Assembly: GCA_963802945.1 (NCBI GenBank)
Contig: CAWDKY010000015.1
Span: forward strand, 96,001 to 160,000
Origin: an uncultured delta proteobacterium
GTDB lineage: Bacteria > Desulfobacterota > RBG-13-43-22
Length of the DNA stretch: 64,000 bases
Direction: 5' to 3'
This document shows positions 9,182 through 18,427 of the stretch, in pieces (the first letter of the stretch is position 1; each line of letters opens with the position of its first letter). The notes beneath the pieces were generated by a model, which did no database searches, had not been told where the DNA came from, and saw nothing but the letters and a program-made list of their open reading frames with translations. The translations under genes and the position numbers were made by a program.

Positions 9182-10015
9182 TCATCCCCATTTCAATTTT
9201 GTTCGAAGGACTTCAAAATAATTTTTGAAAGGGGTTTTAATCAATTGGACGGATTTAGCCGCTTTTTGAACCCGCACCACATCTCCGGCTTGTAAAGGAT
9301 ATCCTACCTGCCCGTCAAAAGTCAACCAGACCTCACTGGCCTTAGACACCAAACGAATATCAATGACCGCATCGTCCTGGAGAATCAACGGGCGGTTGGT
9401 CAGAGTGAAGGGGCAAATGGGGGTAATGAGAATGGTCTTCAAGGACGGATGCAGGATCGGTCCGCCGGCGGATAGATTATAAGCCGTTGATCCCGTCGGG
9501 GTGGCTACGATCAGCCCATCCCCGCGATAGGAGGTCAGGAATTGACCGCCTATATTGGTTTCTATATCAATGATCCGGGCCAAAGCCCCCTTATTAACAA
9601 CCACGTCATTTAAAAAAGGAACCACAGGAAGGTCTTCCTCGGCCCTAATAATCCGTCCCGTCAATACCATCCGATTTTCAGTCTCATAATCTCCTTTGAG
9701 GATCCTTTCAAAAAGAAGACGGAATTCCTCCAGTCCGATTTCAGTTAAAAACCCCAAACCGCCTAAATTTACCCCCAGGACTGGGGCTTCCAGATGGCCG
9801 TAAAGGCGGGCCGCTTTAAGCAAAGTCCCATCACCACCTAAAACCACCACCAGATCCAAAGGTTCATGGGGCGGCCGAACTTCAAAGGCTGAAGACTCTT
9901 CTTTTTCGTCCCAAAGAACCAAAATCCCTTTTTCCTTTTCCAGCCAGGTCTTGATTTTCAGGGCTTCTTGATAGGCAAAGGGAATATTTTTAACTACCAA
10001 TCGAATCTGTTTCAC
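9182..10015 (-). CDS. nadK: NAD(+) kinase
   Basis: LGGDGT, LND, DGLIVATPTGSTAYNLSAGGP. Confidence 0.95.
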   Translation of the reverse strand: MKQIRLVVKNIPFAYQEALKIKTWLEKEKGILVLWDEKEESSAFEVRPPHEPLDLVVVLGGDGTLLKAARLYGHLEAPVLGVNLGGLGFLTEIGLEEFRLLFERILKGDYETENRMVLTGRIIRAEEDLPVVPFLNDVVVNKGALARIIDIETNIGGQFLTSYRGDGLIVATPTGSTAYNLSAGGPILHPSLKTILITPICPFTLTNRPLILQDDAVIDIRLVSKASEVWLTFDGQVGYPLQAGDVVRVQKAAKSVQLIKTPFKNYFEVLRTKLKWG

Positions 10016-10100
10016 TTGGTTCTCCGTTAATCAGAAGGTCCTATGGCTATTAAATTATATTCTAATACAACTATGAGAATTTTTTATAAATTCTTCCAAT

Positions 10101-10153
10101 TGGAGTGATGGAGTATTGGATTTTTAACCATCACTCCACCACTCCATTACTCC
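10101..10153. repeat. Inverted array of octamers (TGGAGT(G/A)A / T(C/T)ACTCCA)
   Basis: tggagtga tggagtat tgga ... ccatcact ccaccact ccattact cca. Confidence 0.8.
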
Positions 10154-10200
10154 ATCGTTTGATATTTTGGTCAGGTTTTCAAATTAGTCCTGATCTTTTA

Positions 10201-12432
10201 TCATGCCCCTAAAGGCAATTCTATGGTAAAAATGGTCCCTGTGGGGCCATTATTTTTAACTCGAATATGGCCGTGATGATCCGAGATAATAGAGCTGACA
10301 ATAGTCAATCCCAGGCCGGTCCCCCCCTTTTTGGTGGAAAAATAAGGGACAAAAAGTCGGTCTCTATCTCGGGGTGCAATCCCAATACCGGTGTCGATAA
10401 CTTCAATACGGGCCATTGCCAAAAACGGATCGTAATCGGTCCGGACCTTTATGGAACCGCCGTTTTCAACGGCTGCCACCGCATTATCCAACAAATTGAG
10501 CATCACCCTTTTCATCTGTTCCCGATCCAGGGGAAATTGGGGCAGGTTCGGTTCGGCCATAAAGGAAAAATCGATAGTTTTGTGGTTCTCCCGGTACAAA
10601 ATCAGGACTTCTTGAATAATGGCATTCAGGTCATTCAGGGACAGGGTTGTCGCCGGCAAGCGGCCAAAGGTAAAAAATTCATTGACCAGGCCAATCAATT
10701 CATCCACTTGATTGATGATGGTCTGAGTGCATTCATCAAAAATTTCTTTTTCTTTTCCTTCGGACAAAAGGTGGGAATATTTTTTACGCAAACGTTGGGC
10801 CGATAATTTGATGGGGGTCAACGGGTTTTTGATTTCATGGGCCAGGCGTCTGGCCACCTCTCTCCAGGCCGCCACCTTCTGGACTTTTTCGATCTCGGTT
10901 AAATCATCAAAGACCAGAACCATCCCTAAATTTCGTTTTTCCTCGTCCTGTAACAAGGAGACTTTCACTAATAAAGTCAATGTCTTATCCGAAAGCGGAA
11001 CTTGAATGGTTCGCTCGAGGGTCCCTCTTTTAATCAAGTCCAGATTGACCAGCAGGTCGTGAAGCATAACCTTTTGTTCAGGACGAAGCACATCCTGATA
11101 CCGTTTTCCAAGGACCTCCTCGGTCTTTAATCGAAGCATTTCCCTGGCCGAGTGGTTAATGGTGCTGATCCGTCCATCGGCATCTATGGAAATAACCCCG
11201 GTTCCGATATTGGCCAGGACCGTCTCCATGTATTGTTTCCGTTGATTGATTTCCTCGGTGCTCTTCCATAATTTTTGATAGGTCTGTTCGATCTCTTCCT
11301 TGCCTTTTCTTAAATCGGAAGTCATTTTATTGAAGGAACTAACCAACAAGCCGAATTCATCTTTGGCCTCCAAGTCAATGGAAAAGTCATAGTCGCCCTG
11401 GGCGATCCTCAAGGTCCCTTCGGCCAGCTTTTGGATCGGGACCGTCATCCCTTTGGCCAGGTAAAAGCCAAACCAAGTGGCGGAAAAAAGGATCAATAAG
11501 GAGACGATGGAAAGAACGATCAGATAGATGAATTTAATGGGGTTTTTCAACATCTGCATCTGCCGATACCCTTCCAGGCCAGTAGAAATGGTTTCCATTT
11601 TTTTGAGTAAGACCCTCGGAAAATAGGAAGCGACCACCACGGTAGCCAGGGTTTTCCGGGCCTGGAAATTATCCCAGACCGGAACCCCGGCAACAAAAAA
11701 ATCCCCCTCCGAAGTGGATTGTACCTCGGAAATTCCCTTGGGCTGAAAGCCTTTTTGTATAAGACTTAGGGGTGGTTCTTTAAAGAATTGCAGATAGGTC
11801 TCTGAAGTCACGACACGAACTTTTTGTTCCAGATTGGGCAAATAAAGGCCGACCCAGGCCAATCCGTATTCCTGACGTTTGTCCTGGATATTCCGTATGA
11901 TCCCTTCCTGATCGTTTTTGGTTATAAGGCCGGACTGACTCAGATCAAGACTAAGTTGTTGGGCATATATCCGGGTTCCCCGCTGGGAAGCCTGATAATA
12001 GGCCCGGCCCACGTCGACAGAGTCCTGCAGGGATTTCTCGATATGAATATTAAACGAGTAATCCATGCCCATGGCCATGAATTCATAGGCGATAAAAAAC
12101 AGGACGATGGTCGGCACCAGAGAAAGGGTGATAAATCCGATGATTAACCGGGTCCGGATCTTTGATCCCAGGATCTTTCGTCTTCTTTCGGTGACCAGCT
12201 TAAGCAGGTTTCGCACGACCAAAAAGATCAACAGGAAAAGCAAAATAATGTTGACGTTGATTAAAGCAAAAAGGATGACCCGTTGGGATAGGGAAAAGGG
12301 GAAATCGGGCCGAAGGATATTAGTTTCCCAAAAGGTCAGTCCGAGGACCACCAGGATGGTGATAATGATAATCAAGCGTTCTCTTTTTTTTCGCCGCTGT
12401 TCTTTTTGTTCTTCTGATAAAAGGGGGTTCAT
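10201..12432 (-). CDS. NtrY-like sensor histidine kinase (HAMP, PAS, HisKA, HATPase)
   Basis: AWREVARRLAHEIKNPLTPI H-box, N/G1/F/G2 boxes, TM segments; likely start ATG 12432. Confidence 0.9.
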   Translation of the reverse strand: MNPLLSEEQKEQRRKKRERLIIIITILVVLGLTFWETNILRPDFPFSLSQRVILFALINVNIILLFLLIFLVVRNLLKLVTERRRKILGSKIRTRLIIGFITLSLVPTIVLFFIAYEFMAMGMDYSFNIHIEKSLQDSVDVGRAYYQASQRGTRIYAQQLSLDLSQSGLITKNDQEGIIRNIQDKRQEYGLAWVGLYLPNLEQKVRVVTSETYLQFFKEPPLSLIQKGFQPKGISEVQSTSEGDFFVAGVPVWDNFQARKTLATVVVASYFPRVLLKKMETISTGLEGYRQMQMLKNPIKFIYLIVLSIVSLLILFSATWFGFYLAKGMTVPIQKLAEGTLRIAQGDYDFSIDLEAKDEFGLLVSSFNKMTSDLRKGKEEIEQTYQKLWKSTEEINQRKQYMETVLANIGTGVISIDADGRISTINHSAREMLRLKTEEVLGKRYQDVLRPEQKVMLHDLLVNLDLIKRGTLERTIQVPLSDKTLTLLVKVSLLQDEEKRNLGMVLVFDDLTEIEKVQKVAAWREVARRLAHEIKNPLTPIKLSAQRLRKKYSHLLSEGKEKEIFDECTQTIINQVDELIGLVNEFFTFGRLPATTLSLNDLNAIIQEVLILYRENHKTIDFSFMAEPNLPQFPLDREQMKRVMLNLLDNAVAAVENGGSIKVRTDYDPFLAMARIEVIDTGIGIAPRDRDRLFVPYFSTKKGGTGLGLTIVSSIISDHHGHIRVKNNGPTGTIFTIELPLGA

Positions 12433-12460
12433 GGACCTACCGGAGAAGGGAGTTCCTCTA

Positions 12461-13057
12461 TTAATAGATGAAATCCACTTGATACCAATCCGTTTCAAAA
12501 TCCCATAAGGAAACAAAAAACAAAAGGTAATGGAGGTATAAAGGAAGCCTGACTTTATTAAGCTCTGCCTTTATCCGTAATTGATACTGGTTGTTCCTTT
12601 CCAGGGCCTGAAGAGGGATCAGTTGAATATTACTGACATCGGCCATCATCTCCTGGGCTTTAGAAAATTCCTTGACGACAAAAATCTGATTGCCCCGTTC
12701 GCTTAATTGAATGGAATATTCATCCCTTAGAGAATCATATTTAACAGTATGATGTAATTTTAGAGAGGCGATACGTTTATTGGGCCAAATGGAACGGGGT
12801 TTATATAGTTCAACCAGGAAGGTAAAGGTGGTTGGTATCCCATTGTGGATCGCTTTATTCATTTCGGGCGTAAAACAGCCTTTGGTAAAAAAATAAACCA
12901 ATAGATGGTCCTGATTATTGGTGACAATACTATCGGCAATTTGGGCTTGTTTGCTGAAGGCCGTTATTGGGCCGGAGAGAAGCAAGGAAAGAAAAATCAG
13001 GGAAACACCGAGAATTTTCAGTAAAGAAGAACGCTTTTCCAAAATAATTCGCTTCAT
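12461..13057 (-). CDS. DUF4390 domain protein
   Basis: Signal peptide, position directly upstream of the NtrY-like kinase, WDFETDW C-terminal motif. Confidence 0.8.
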   Translation of the reverse strand: MKRIILEKRSSLLKILGVSLIFLSLLLSGPITAFSKQAQIADSIVTNNQDHLLVYFFTKGCFTPEMNKAIHNGIPTTFTFLVELYKPRSIWPNKRIASLKLHHTVKYDSLRDEYSIQLSERGNQIFVVKEFSKAQEMMADVSNIQLIPLQALERNNQYQLRIKAELNKVRLPLYLHYLLFFVSLWDFETDWYQVDFIY

Positions 13058-13306
13058 TATTCTATAGTATCAAAAAGACAAAAAAATGCAAGCCCTTTCC
13101 AATCCGGCGACCTGATGGACATTATAGGAGAAGTTGGTTTTAAAAGACCTCCCTGGAGCCCAATTACCAAGAGGCTGTTTTTCCCCTTTCCAGCGGTTGT
13201 ATTCTGAATGGTCAGGTAGTTAAAATTTTGAAGAACGGCTGCAACGATTTTCTTCAGAAACATTCGCCATGGGCGAGTTTTTTAGAAAAATACGGGAAGT
13301 GCTGGG

Positions 13307-13459
13307 CTAGACCTTGTCTATATTATTTTCTTTGTCTTGCCCTTCAACCTGGCAAGAAGAGGAAGGCATTCAACCTTGTATTCCAAGCTTCGGAAAAATC
13401 CACCGATTCAAAGCATACCACCCAGCGATAATAATCAATAACCAGATAATCGTTTTCAT
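13307..13459 (-). CDS. Putative 50-aa single-pass membrane selenoprotein (U30, U-x5-C)
   Basis: AGGAG RBS 5 nt before ATG 13459; MKTIIWLLIIIAGWYALNRWIFPKLGIQG-U-MPSSSCQVEGQDKENNIDKV; TGA at 13372-13370; SECIS-like stem downstream; absent from the ORF track. Confidence 0.7.
13335..13357 (-). promoter_or_regulatory. SECIS-like element
   Basis: TCTTGCC[AGGTTGAAG]GGCAAGA: perfect 7-bp stem, loop starting 19 nt after the TGA with G in loop position 2. Confidence 0.6.
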
Positions 13460-13478
13460 TTTCACTCCTAAAAAATAT

Positions 13479-13497
13479 TAAGAACGCACGGTTCTTA
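13479..13497 (-). promoter_or_regulatory. SECIS-like hairpin after the FmdB TGA
   Basis: TAAGAAC[CGTGC]GTTCTTA, loop 23 nt after the TGA, G at loop position 2; could also act as a weak terminator. Confidence 0.45.
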
Positions 13498-13504
13498 TTA
13501 TTAC

Positions 13505-13720
13505 TTACGATGCTCAGGAAAATCCAGAAGAAGATGGACCGCAGGTGGAAGGCAATGGAATTTCACCGGTTTGTCCTCCTGCCTGGGAAAAAGTCGAAAG
13601 CAATCGATCCACCTTTTCCCCTTTACAAAAAGGACACTCAATGCCCTCCTTTTTTGAATTCCAGACTATCTTTTTAAATATCCGGTCACATTCTAAACAA
13701 CGATATTCATAAATAGGCAT
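13505..13720 (-). CDS. FmdB-family zinc-ribbon protein, probably with C-terminal Sec (...CGPSSSGFS-U-AS)
   Basis: MPIYEYRCxxC...CPFC motif; GGAGG RBS before ATG 13720; TGA at 13516-13514 then GCA TCG TAA. The CDS itself is secure; readthrough is inferred. Confidence 0.8.
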
Positions 13721-13823
13721 ACCCGCCTCCTTCGCCTCTTTTAAGAAAATAGCTAAACTCGACGTTACAAAGATTAATTGATAAGATAACAATCAATATC
13801 CGTTTGTCAAGGATTCGGCTGTC

Positions 13824-14513
13824 TTAAGGTTCAATCCGGACTTTAGTCCCGATCGGTATTTGATCAAACAGTTCCTGCATATGGAAATTGATCAAGGCGA
13901 TACACCCTTGAGTCCAATCCACTCCTATCCCTTCCCCGTGGATCTCGATTAACCCTCCGATCCCAATGTCTTCGGAAAACTGCTTGTTTTTTAAGGCCTG
14001 TTCATAACGAATGCGATCCGAATCATTCGGATAGTCAAGAACTAAGGCCAGATAGAATTTGGTTTGACCTTGATTTTTTTTCTCAACAATCCGGTATTCC
14101 CCTTCCGGGGTTTTCATGTCTCCCTGATGGACTTTTGGCCCTTCAGGGCTTTCTCCTAGGTCAATGGGATACCATTTCAGCAATTCTCCCTCTTGGAAAA
14201 GGAACAGTTTTCGTTGTTTTTTTTTGACTACGATTTGCCATGATTCGGGGGGAAGGACTTGGACCATATCTTTCAAGGGGGACAGAACTGGGACGGGGGG
14301 AGGAATATCATCCACAATTCGGGCCGTCAAAGCCAGTTCCTCTGACGAAGGCTGGTTGGGAGTCGGACCCGGAGGCAAGGGGACGGCCGTCGCTGTTGGG
14401 GGAGGCGGGATTACCCGGCTGCAGGATAACAATCCCAGAAAGAGAAAGGTCGAGAAAAACAGAAATAAGATTCGACTAAAATAACCGTGGCTGATTGCAA
14501 GCTTGCCGTTCAT
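13824..14513 (-). CDS. L,D-transpeptidase (YkuD) family lipoprotein
   Basis: Lipobox LLSC, GDMKTPEGEY, IEIHG...WTQGCIAL catalytic His/Cys. Confidence 0.9.
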   Translation of the reverse strand: MNGKLAISHGYFSRILFLFFSTFLFLGLLSCSRVIPPPPTATAVPLPPGPTPNQPSSEELALTARIVDDIPPPVPVLSPLKDMVQVLPPESWQIVVKKKQRKLFLFQEGELLKWYPIDLGESPEGPKVHQGDMKTPEGEYRIVEKKNQGQTKFYLALVLDYPNDSDRIRYEQALKNKQFSEDIGIGGLIEIHGEGIGVDWTQGCIALINFHMQELFDQIPIGTKVRIEP

Positions 14514-14686
14514 GTTCTCCAGGGTTTTTGAGTATTTCCTTTTAAAATCTGTAACAAGGATGGGCCTATTGTCAAGAGAATAATTCCCTAAAAAATAGGC
14601 GTCTAAATTTCTCTTTAACAGTTAATAAAAGAGGTTTCCTTTTACTGCGGTTGAGAAGACAGGTTATCATGTTTTCTTTTTCCTTT

Positions 14687-15553
14687 TTATCGAATGACTT
14701 GTCCTCTCTTGGGCAACGAGCCAGATTTTTTCAATTGTTCCGGCAGGGCGAGATAGAAATGACTTTCCTTTTCCCTGCCTCGTTTTAAGCACCCCTGCCC
14801 ATAAATACAGCATTTGGCTTTCAGTTCCTTGAAGGCTAGGTCGTATTGCGCGGCAGTTAACTGTCCCGAACCTAAAATTTTTACCAGGGACTGAATACGA
14901 AAGCGATCCAAGGCAGGCGTAGTTCGAGAGAGCTGGTCTCGGTGTCCGCCCCGTTTGACCACTAAGGGCTGGTCGATCAAAAAAATGGGGAATTGGGCCG
15001 AAATCCTGAGCCAGAGGTCATAATCTTCACAGGCCGGCAGGGTCTCATCAAAACAACCCACCTGCTCGAATAATTCCCTTTGAATCATCACGGCTGAGGG
15101 ACTGACCAGACATAGCAGGAGAGAAGGGGCAAAAATATCGCCTGAATATTTTCGATGCTTTTTACGGGGATTCACCCGGCGGCCGTTGCGAATCCAGATC
15201 TCTTGGGTCTGACAAATCATGGCTTCAGGGTTTTTGGAAAAGAAGTCGATCTGTGTTTCTAATTTTTCGGGCAGCCAGAGGTCATCGTCATCCAAAAAGG
15301 CGACCCATTTTCCTTTGGCCGTTTGGATTCCTCGGTTACGGGCCGCACTAACCCCCTGATGGTCTTGGAAGCTGTAAATTAAACGACCTTTATATGGGCT
15401 GAGGACCTCCGCCGTTCCGTCAATGGACCCGTCGTCGACAACGATCAATTCAAAATCTGCAAAGGTTTGTTTAAAAATGGAGTCAACAGCCTCGAGGACA
15501 AAGAAAGACCGATTGTAGGTTGGAACAATGACACTTACCAGAGGAGTAGGCAT
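14687..15553 (-). CDS. Glycosyltransferase family 2
   Basis: VSVIVPTYN, VDDGS, FLDDDD, EDYDLWLR. Confidence 0.92.
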   Translation of the reverse strand: MPTPLVSVIVPTYNRSFFVLEAVDSIFKQTFADFELIVVDDGSIDGTAEVLSPYKGRLIYSFQDHQGVSAARNRGIQTAKGKWVAFLDDDDLWLPEKLETQIDFFSKNPEAMICQTQEIWIRNGRRVNPRKKHRKYSGDIFAPSLLLCLVSPSAVMIQRELFEQVGCFDETLPACEDYDLWLRISAQFPIFLIDQPLVVKRGGHRDQLSRTTPALDRFRIQSLVKILGSGQLTAAQYDLAFKELKAKCCIYGQGCLKRGREKESHFYLALPEQLKKSGSLPKRGQVIR

Positions 15554-15569
15554 AGAAATTTAGAAAGAG

Positions 15570-17297
15570 TCACGGTATCAATAAGGCAGTCATTCCGGCC
15601 AGAATAAATCCGGCGTCCACCATAGTCTCGAAAAAGACATTCCCGGGCAAAGCCCGATTTTTTTCATAAATAATGAGAAAACCAAATTGGTACAAAAGGC
15701 TGATCAGCAACCATAGACTCCAAAGGGGAAGAAGCCCTCCAAGAACTCCCGCCGACAAACCCGCCATAGTCGCCAGACTGATAATTTTCAGAACATGGAT
15801 GGTTTTTTCTTCTCCGATAATAATCGGCAGGGTTTCTTTGCCAACGATCATATCGCCCTGGATATCCAAAATATCAAAAAGACCGGAGCTGATATAGACA
15901 ATAGAACAAATGACGAAAAAAATCATTATCAGAGAAAGGTTCACCGGCTGCTGTTCGGCCATGGCCGGCATCAAGGTGGTTACAGCTCCCCACCCCAGGG
16001 CCACGGAAAGGGTTTTAGATGCCGGGAGGTCTTTTATTTTTTTCATTCTGGTAAAGCGTTGCCAAACAGTCGGCACGATTTGAAAACTGTAGAGGATGCC
16101 CAAGGCGCTCAAGGCGGCAAGGAATAGGAACGGAGCCCAGCCTAAGTGCAGGGCCAAGGCCAGGGAAATCAGGACGGCAGCAATTCCTGAAAAGAAGAAG
16201 GCGGATCGATGCCTTTGATAAAATTCAGAACGATCCGGATCGTTATATTCCGCTGCCCCCCGGTCAAGGAGGTGATTCAGGATGTGCATGGCATAAATAT
16301 TCAGGAAGGTTATGGTAAAATAAATCCAGTTCAAAGGGACTTGCCGCAGTCGGGAAGCGGTCAAACTCAGACACCCGGCCCCCAGGGCTATCATCAAATT
16401 GCTTTTTAATAAGAAACGTACCCAACTAAAAAGAAAGGTGCTCCAGGTGTATTCTCCCTGACCCTTAATCATCTCCAGTTTCTGGACCACCTTTCGAATC
16501 ATCCAGTTGGGAGTTGAAGCCCCGGCGGTAACACCCACGGTTTTGAATCGGCGGATTTCATTTTTATCCAATTGATCTTCCGTCTCTATATGAAAGCAGG
16601 GAGTGCCCACGGATTCGGCGATCGCCGCTAGGCGCCGGGTATTTCCGCTGTTATAACCTCCCACAACCACCAGTCCATCCACTTGCCGAGCCAGATCCCG
16701 CACTTCTTCCTGCCGTTCGTGAGTGGCATTGCAGATGGTATTAAAAATCAGACTGTTGGGAAATCGCTCTCTGATTTTTTCCACGGCCGCCTGAAAAAGG
16801 GATTCGTCCTGAGTCGTCTGGGCCACCACAATCACCTGTTTCAAATCCGGAAGGTCTTTAACCTGATCCGGATGGGTCAGGATAATTCCCCTGTCTTGAG
16901 AATAGCCCAGCAGTCCTATGACTTCCGGATGATCCCGATCACCGACAATGATCGGGGTGTATCCTTCCTGGGCATATTTCTTGATGATGGCCTGGACCTT
17001 GATCACCCTTGGACAAGTGGCGTCCACGATGGTACACCCCATCTTTTTCAGCCGATCGTGATCCTGAGGAGATATGCCGTGGGCTCGGATAACAACCGTG
17101 CCGGTCTGCCCCTCTTGAACGGGGTCCAGGATACGGATGCCTTTTTCCCCCAGCATCGATAAGACCTGAGGATTATGGATCAAGGGTCCAAAGGTGTAAA
17201 CAGGGTCGGGATAATGGTAATTGGCCTCCAGGGCCATTTCCATAGCCCGGCGGACGCCCATACAAAATCCGGCCTTTTTTGCCAGACGGACTTTCAT
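15570..17297 (-). CDS. ispH: 4-hydroxy-3-methylbut-2-enyl diphosphate reductase fused to a UbiA-type prenyltransferase domain
   Basis: AGFCMGV, DATCP, HPEV, TICNAT, TAGASTP; C-terminal multi-TM domain with NHLLD and FDILDIQGD Asp-rich motifs. Confidence 0.92.
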   Translation of the reverse strand: MKVRLAKKAGFCMGVRRAMEMALEANYHYPDPVYTFGPLIHNPQVLSMLGEKGIRILDPVQEGQTGTVVIRAHGISPQDHDRLKKMGCTIVDATCPRVIKVQAIIKKYAQEGYTPIIVGDRDHPEVIGLLGYSQDRGIILTHPDQVKDLPDLKQVIVVAQTTQDESLFQAAVEKIRERFPNSLIFNTICNATHERQEEVRDLARQVDGLVVVGGYNSGNTRRLAAIAESVGTPCFHIETEDQLDKNEIRRFKTVGVTAGASTPNWMIRKVVQKLEMIKGQGEYTWSTFLFSWVRFLLKSNLMIALGAGCLSLTASRLRQVPLNWIYFTITFLNIYAMHILNHLLDRGAAEYNDPDRSEFYQRHRSAFFFSGIAAVLISLALALHLGWAPFLFLAALSALGILYSFQIVPTVWQRFTRMKKIKDLPASKTLSVALGWGAVTTLMPAMAEQQPVNLSLIMIFFVICSIVYISSGLFDILDIQGDMIVGKETLPIIIGEEKTIHVLKIISLATMAGLSAGVLGGLLPLWSLWLLISLLYQFGFLIIYEKNRALPGNVFFETMVDAGFILAGMTALLIP

Positions 17298-17306
17298 AAA
17301 TTTAGT

Positions 17307-18278
17307 TTACTCTAATGAACCCAGGGAATCAAAATATTCTTCAAAAAGGATCTTTAATCTTTCTTTGCTTTTGGCCAAGGCCACGTTTTTCCTGAATTCT
17401 CCTGATGCCGGAAGTCCCCTGGTCAGGACAAACAAGGTCCTCCGCAAGGCTTTGATTTGAGCCGGGCCCTGATAATTTTCCTCAATCCATTCCCAGTAGG
17501 AAAAAAGCCATTCCCGCCTTTTCTCCGTATCAGGATGGGTCGGGGTTTCTCCGGCCTCCACTTCCCTTATTTGTTTAAATATCCAAGGAGTCCTCAAGGC
17601 TTGACGGCCGATCATGATCCCATCACACTGGGTTTGCCTTTTATGCTGCAGGGCTAGCTCCGGAGAGGTGATATCTCCACTTCCAATGACAGGGATACGG
17701 ACCCCTGCTTTGAGTTCCGTTATCACCGACCAGTCCGCTTGACCGGAAAAACCCTGGATTGCATAACGGGGGTGGATAATCAGGGCATCGACTCCGGAAT
17801 CCTCGGCGACCTGGGCCAATGTCCGGTAGGTTCGATCTCCTTCTTGCCATCCGGAGCGAATCTTGATCGTCAGGGGAAGATGAGTTGCCTTCCGAACGGC
17901 TTTTATCAGCGTTTCAGCTTGGTGCAGATCCTTAAGTAAAGCCGCTCCTGATCCTGATTTGGAGACCTTTTTTACTGAGCAGCCCATGTTGATATCGATA
18001 ATGTCCGCCCCTGCCTCCCCGGACAGAACAGCGGCCCGGGCCATCACTTCCGGGTTGAAACCGAATAACTGAACCGATAAGGGATGGTCCTCGGGAACGG
18101 TTTTCAGGATCGACCAAGTCAAGGGAATCTTTCGGACCAGTCCTTCGGCGCTGACCATTTCGGTGCAGGCCAGCTCGCAGCCCATTCTTCGGACCAACAA
18201 ACGGAAGGGCAAGTCCGTGTATCCGGCCATGGGGGCCATGATGTAAGGAAACGATATGGTTTGGGATCCTAATTTCAT
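17307..18278 (-). CDS. dusB: tRNA dihydrouridine synthase (DusB-like)
   Basis: APMAG, TEMVS, DINMGC, KIRSGW, GIMIGR. Confidence 0.88.
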   Translation of the reverse strand: MKLGSQTISFPYIMAPMAGYTDLPFRLLVRRMGCELACTEMVSAEGLVRKIPLTWSILKTVPEDHPLSVQLFGFNPEVMARAAVLSGEAGADIIDINMGCSVKKVSKSGSGAALLKDLHQAETLIKAVRKATHLPLTIKIRSGWQEGDRTYRTLAQVAEDSGVDALIIHPRYAIQGFSGQADWSVITELKAGVRIPVIGSGDITSPELALQHKRQTQCDGIMIGRQALRTPWIFKQIREVEAGETPTHPDTEKRREWLFSYWEWIEENYQGPAQIKALRRTLFVLTRGLPASGEFRKNVALAKSKERLKILFEEYFDSLGSLE

Positions 18279-18292
18279 ATGAGGTTCATCTT

Positions 18293-18427
18293 TGATGATT
18301 TCTTAAAAAGCCACCGAAAGCTGATTTTCGTCATTCCGGCGAAAGCCGGAATCCAGGAACCTCAACCGTTTAGAAAATCCCTGGACCCCGGTTTTCACCG
18401 GGGTGACGGCTTTTTGCGAATCCATCA
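18293..18427. mobile_element. MITE-like element enclosing a REP-like double hairpin
   Basis: 20-bp terminal inverted repeats (16/20 match by eye) around CGTCATTCCGGCGAAAGCCGGAATCCAG...CTGGACCCCGGTTTTCACCGGGGTGACG. Confidence 0.65.

Noticed and set aside
10101-10153. Short repeat arrays as CRISPR
   Set aside because: Units are 7-8 nt with no unique spacers and no cas genes.
13720-13792. N-terminal extension of the FmdB ORF
   Set aside because: The GGAGG RBS and family-typical MPIYEY place the start at 13720.
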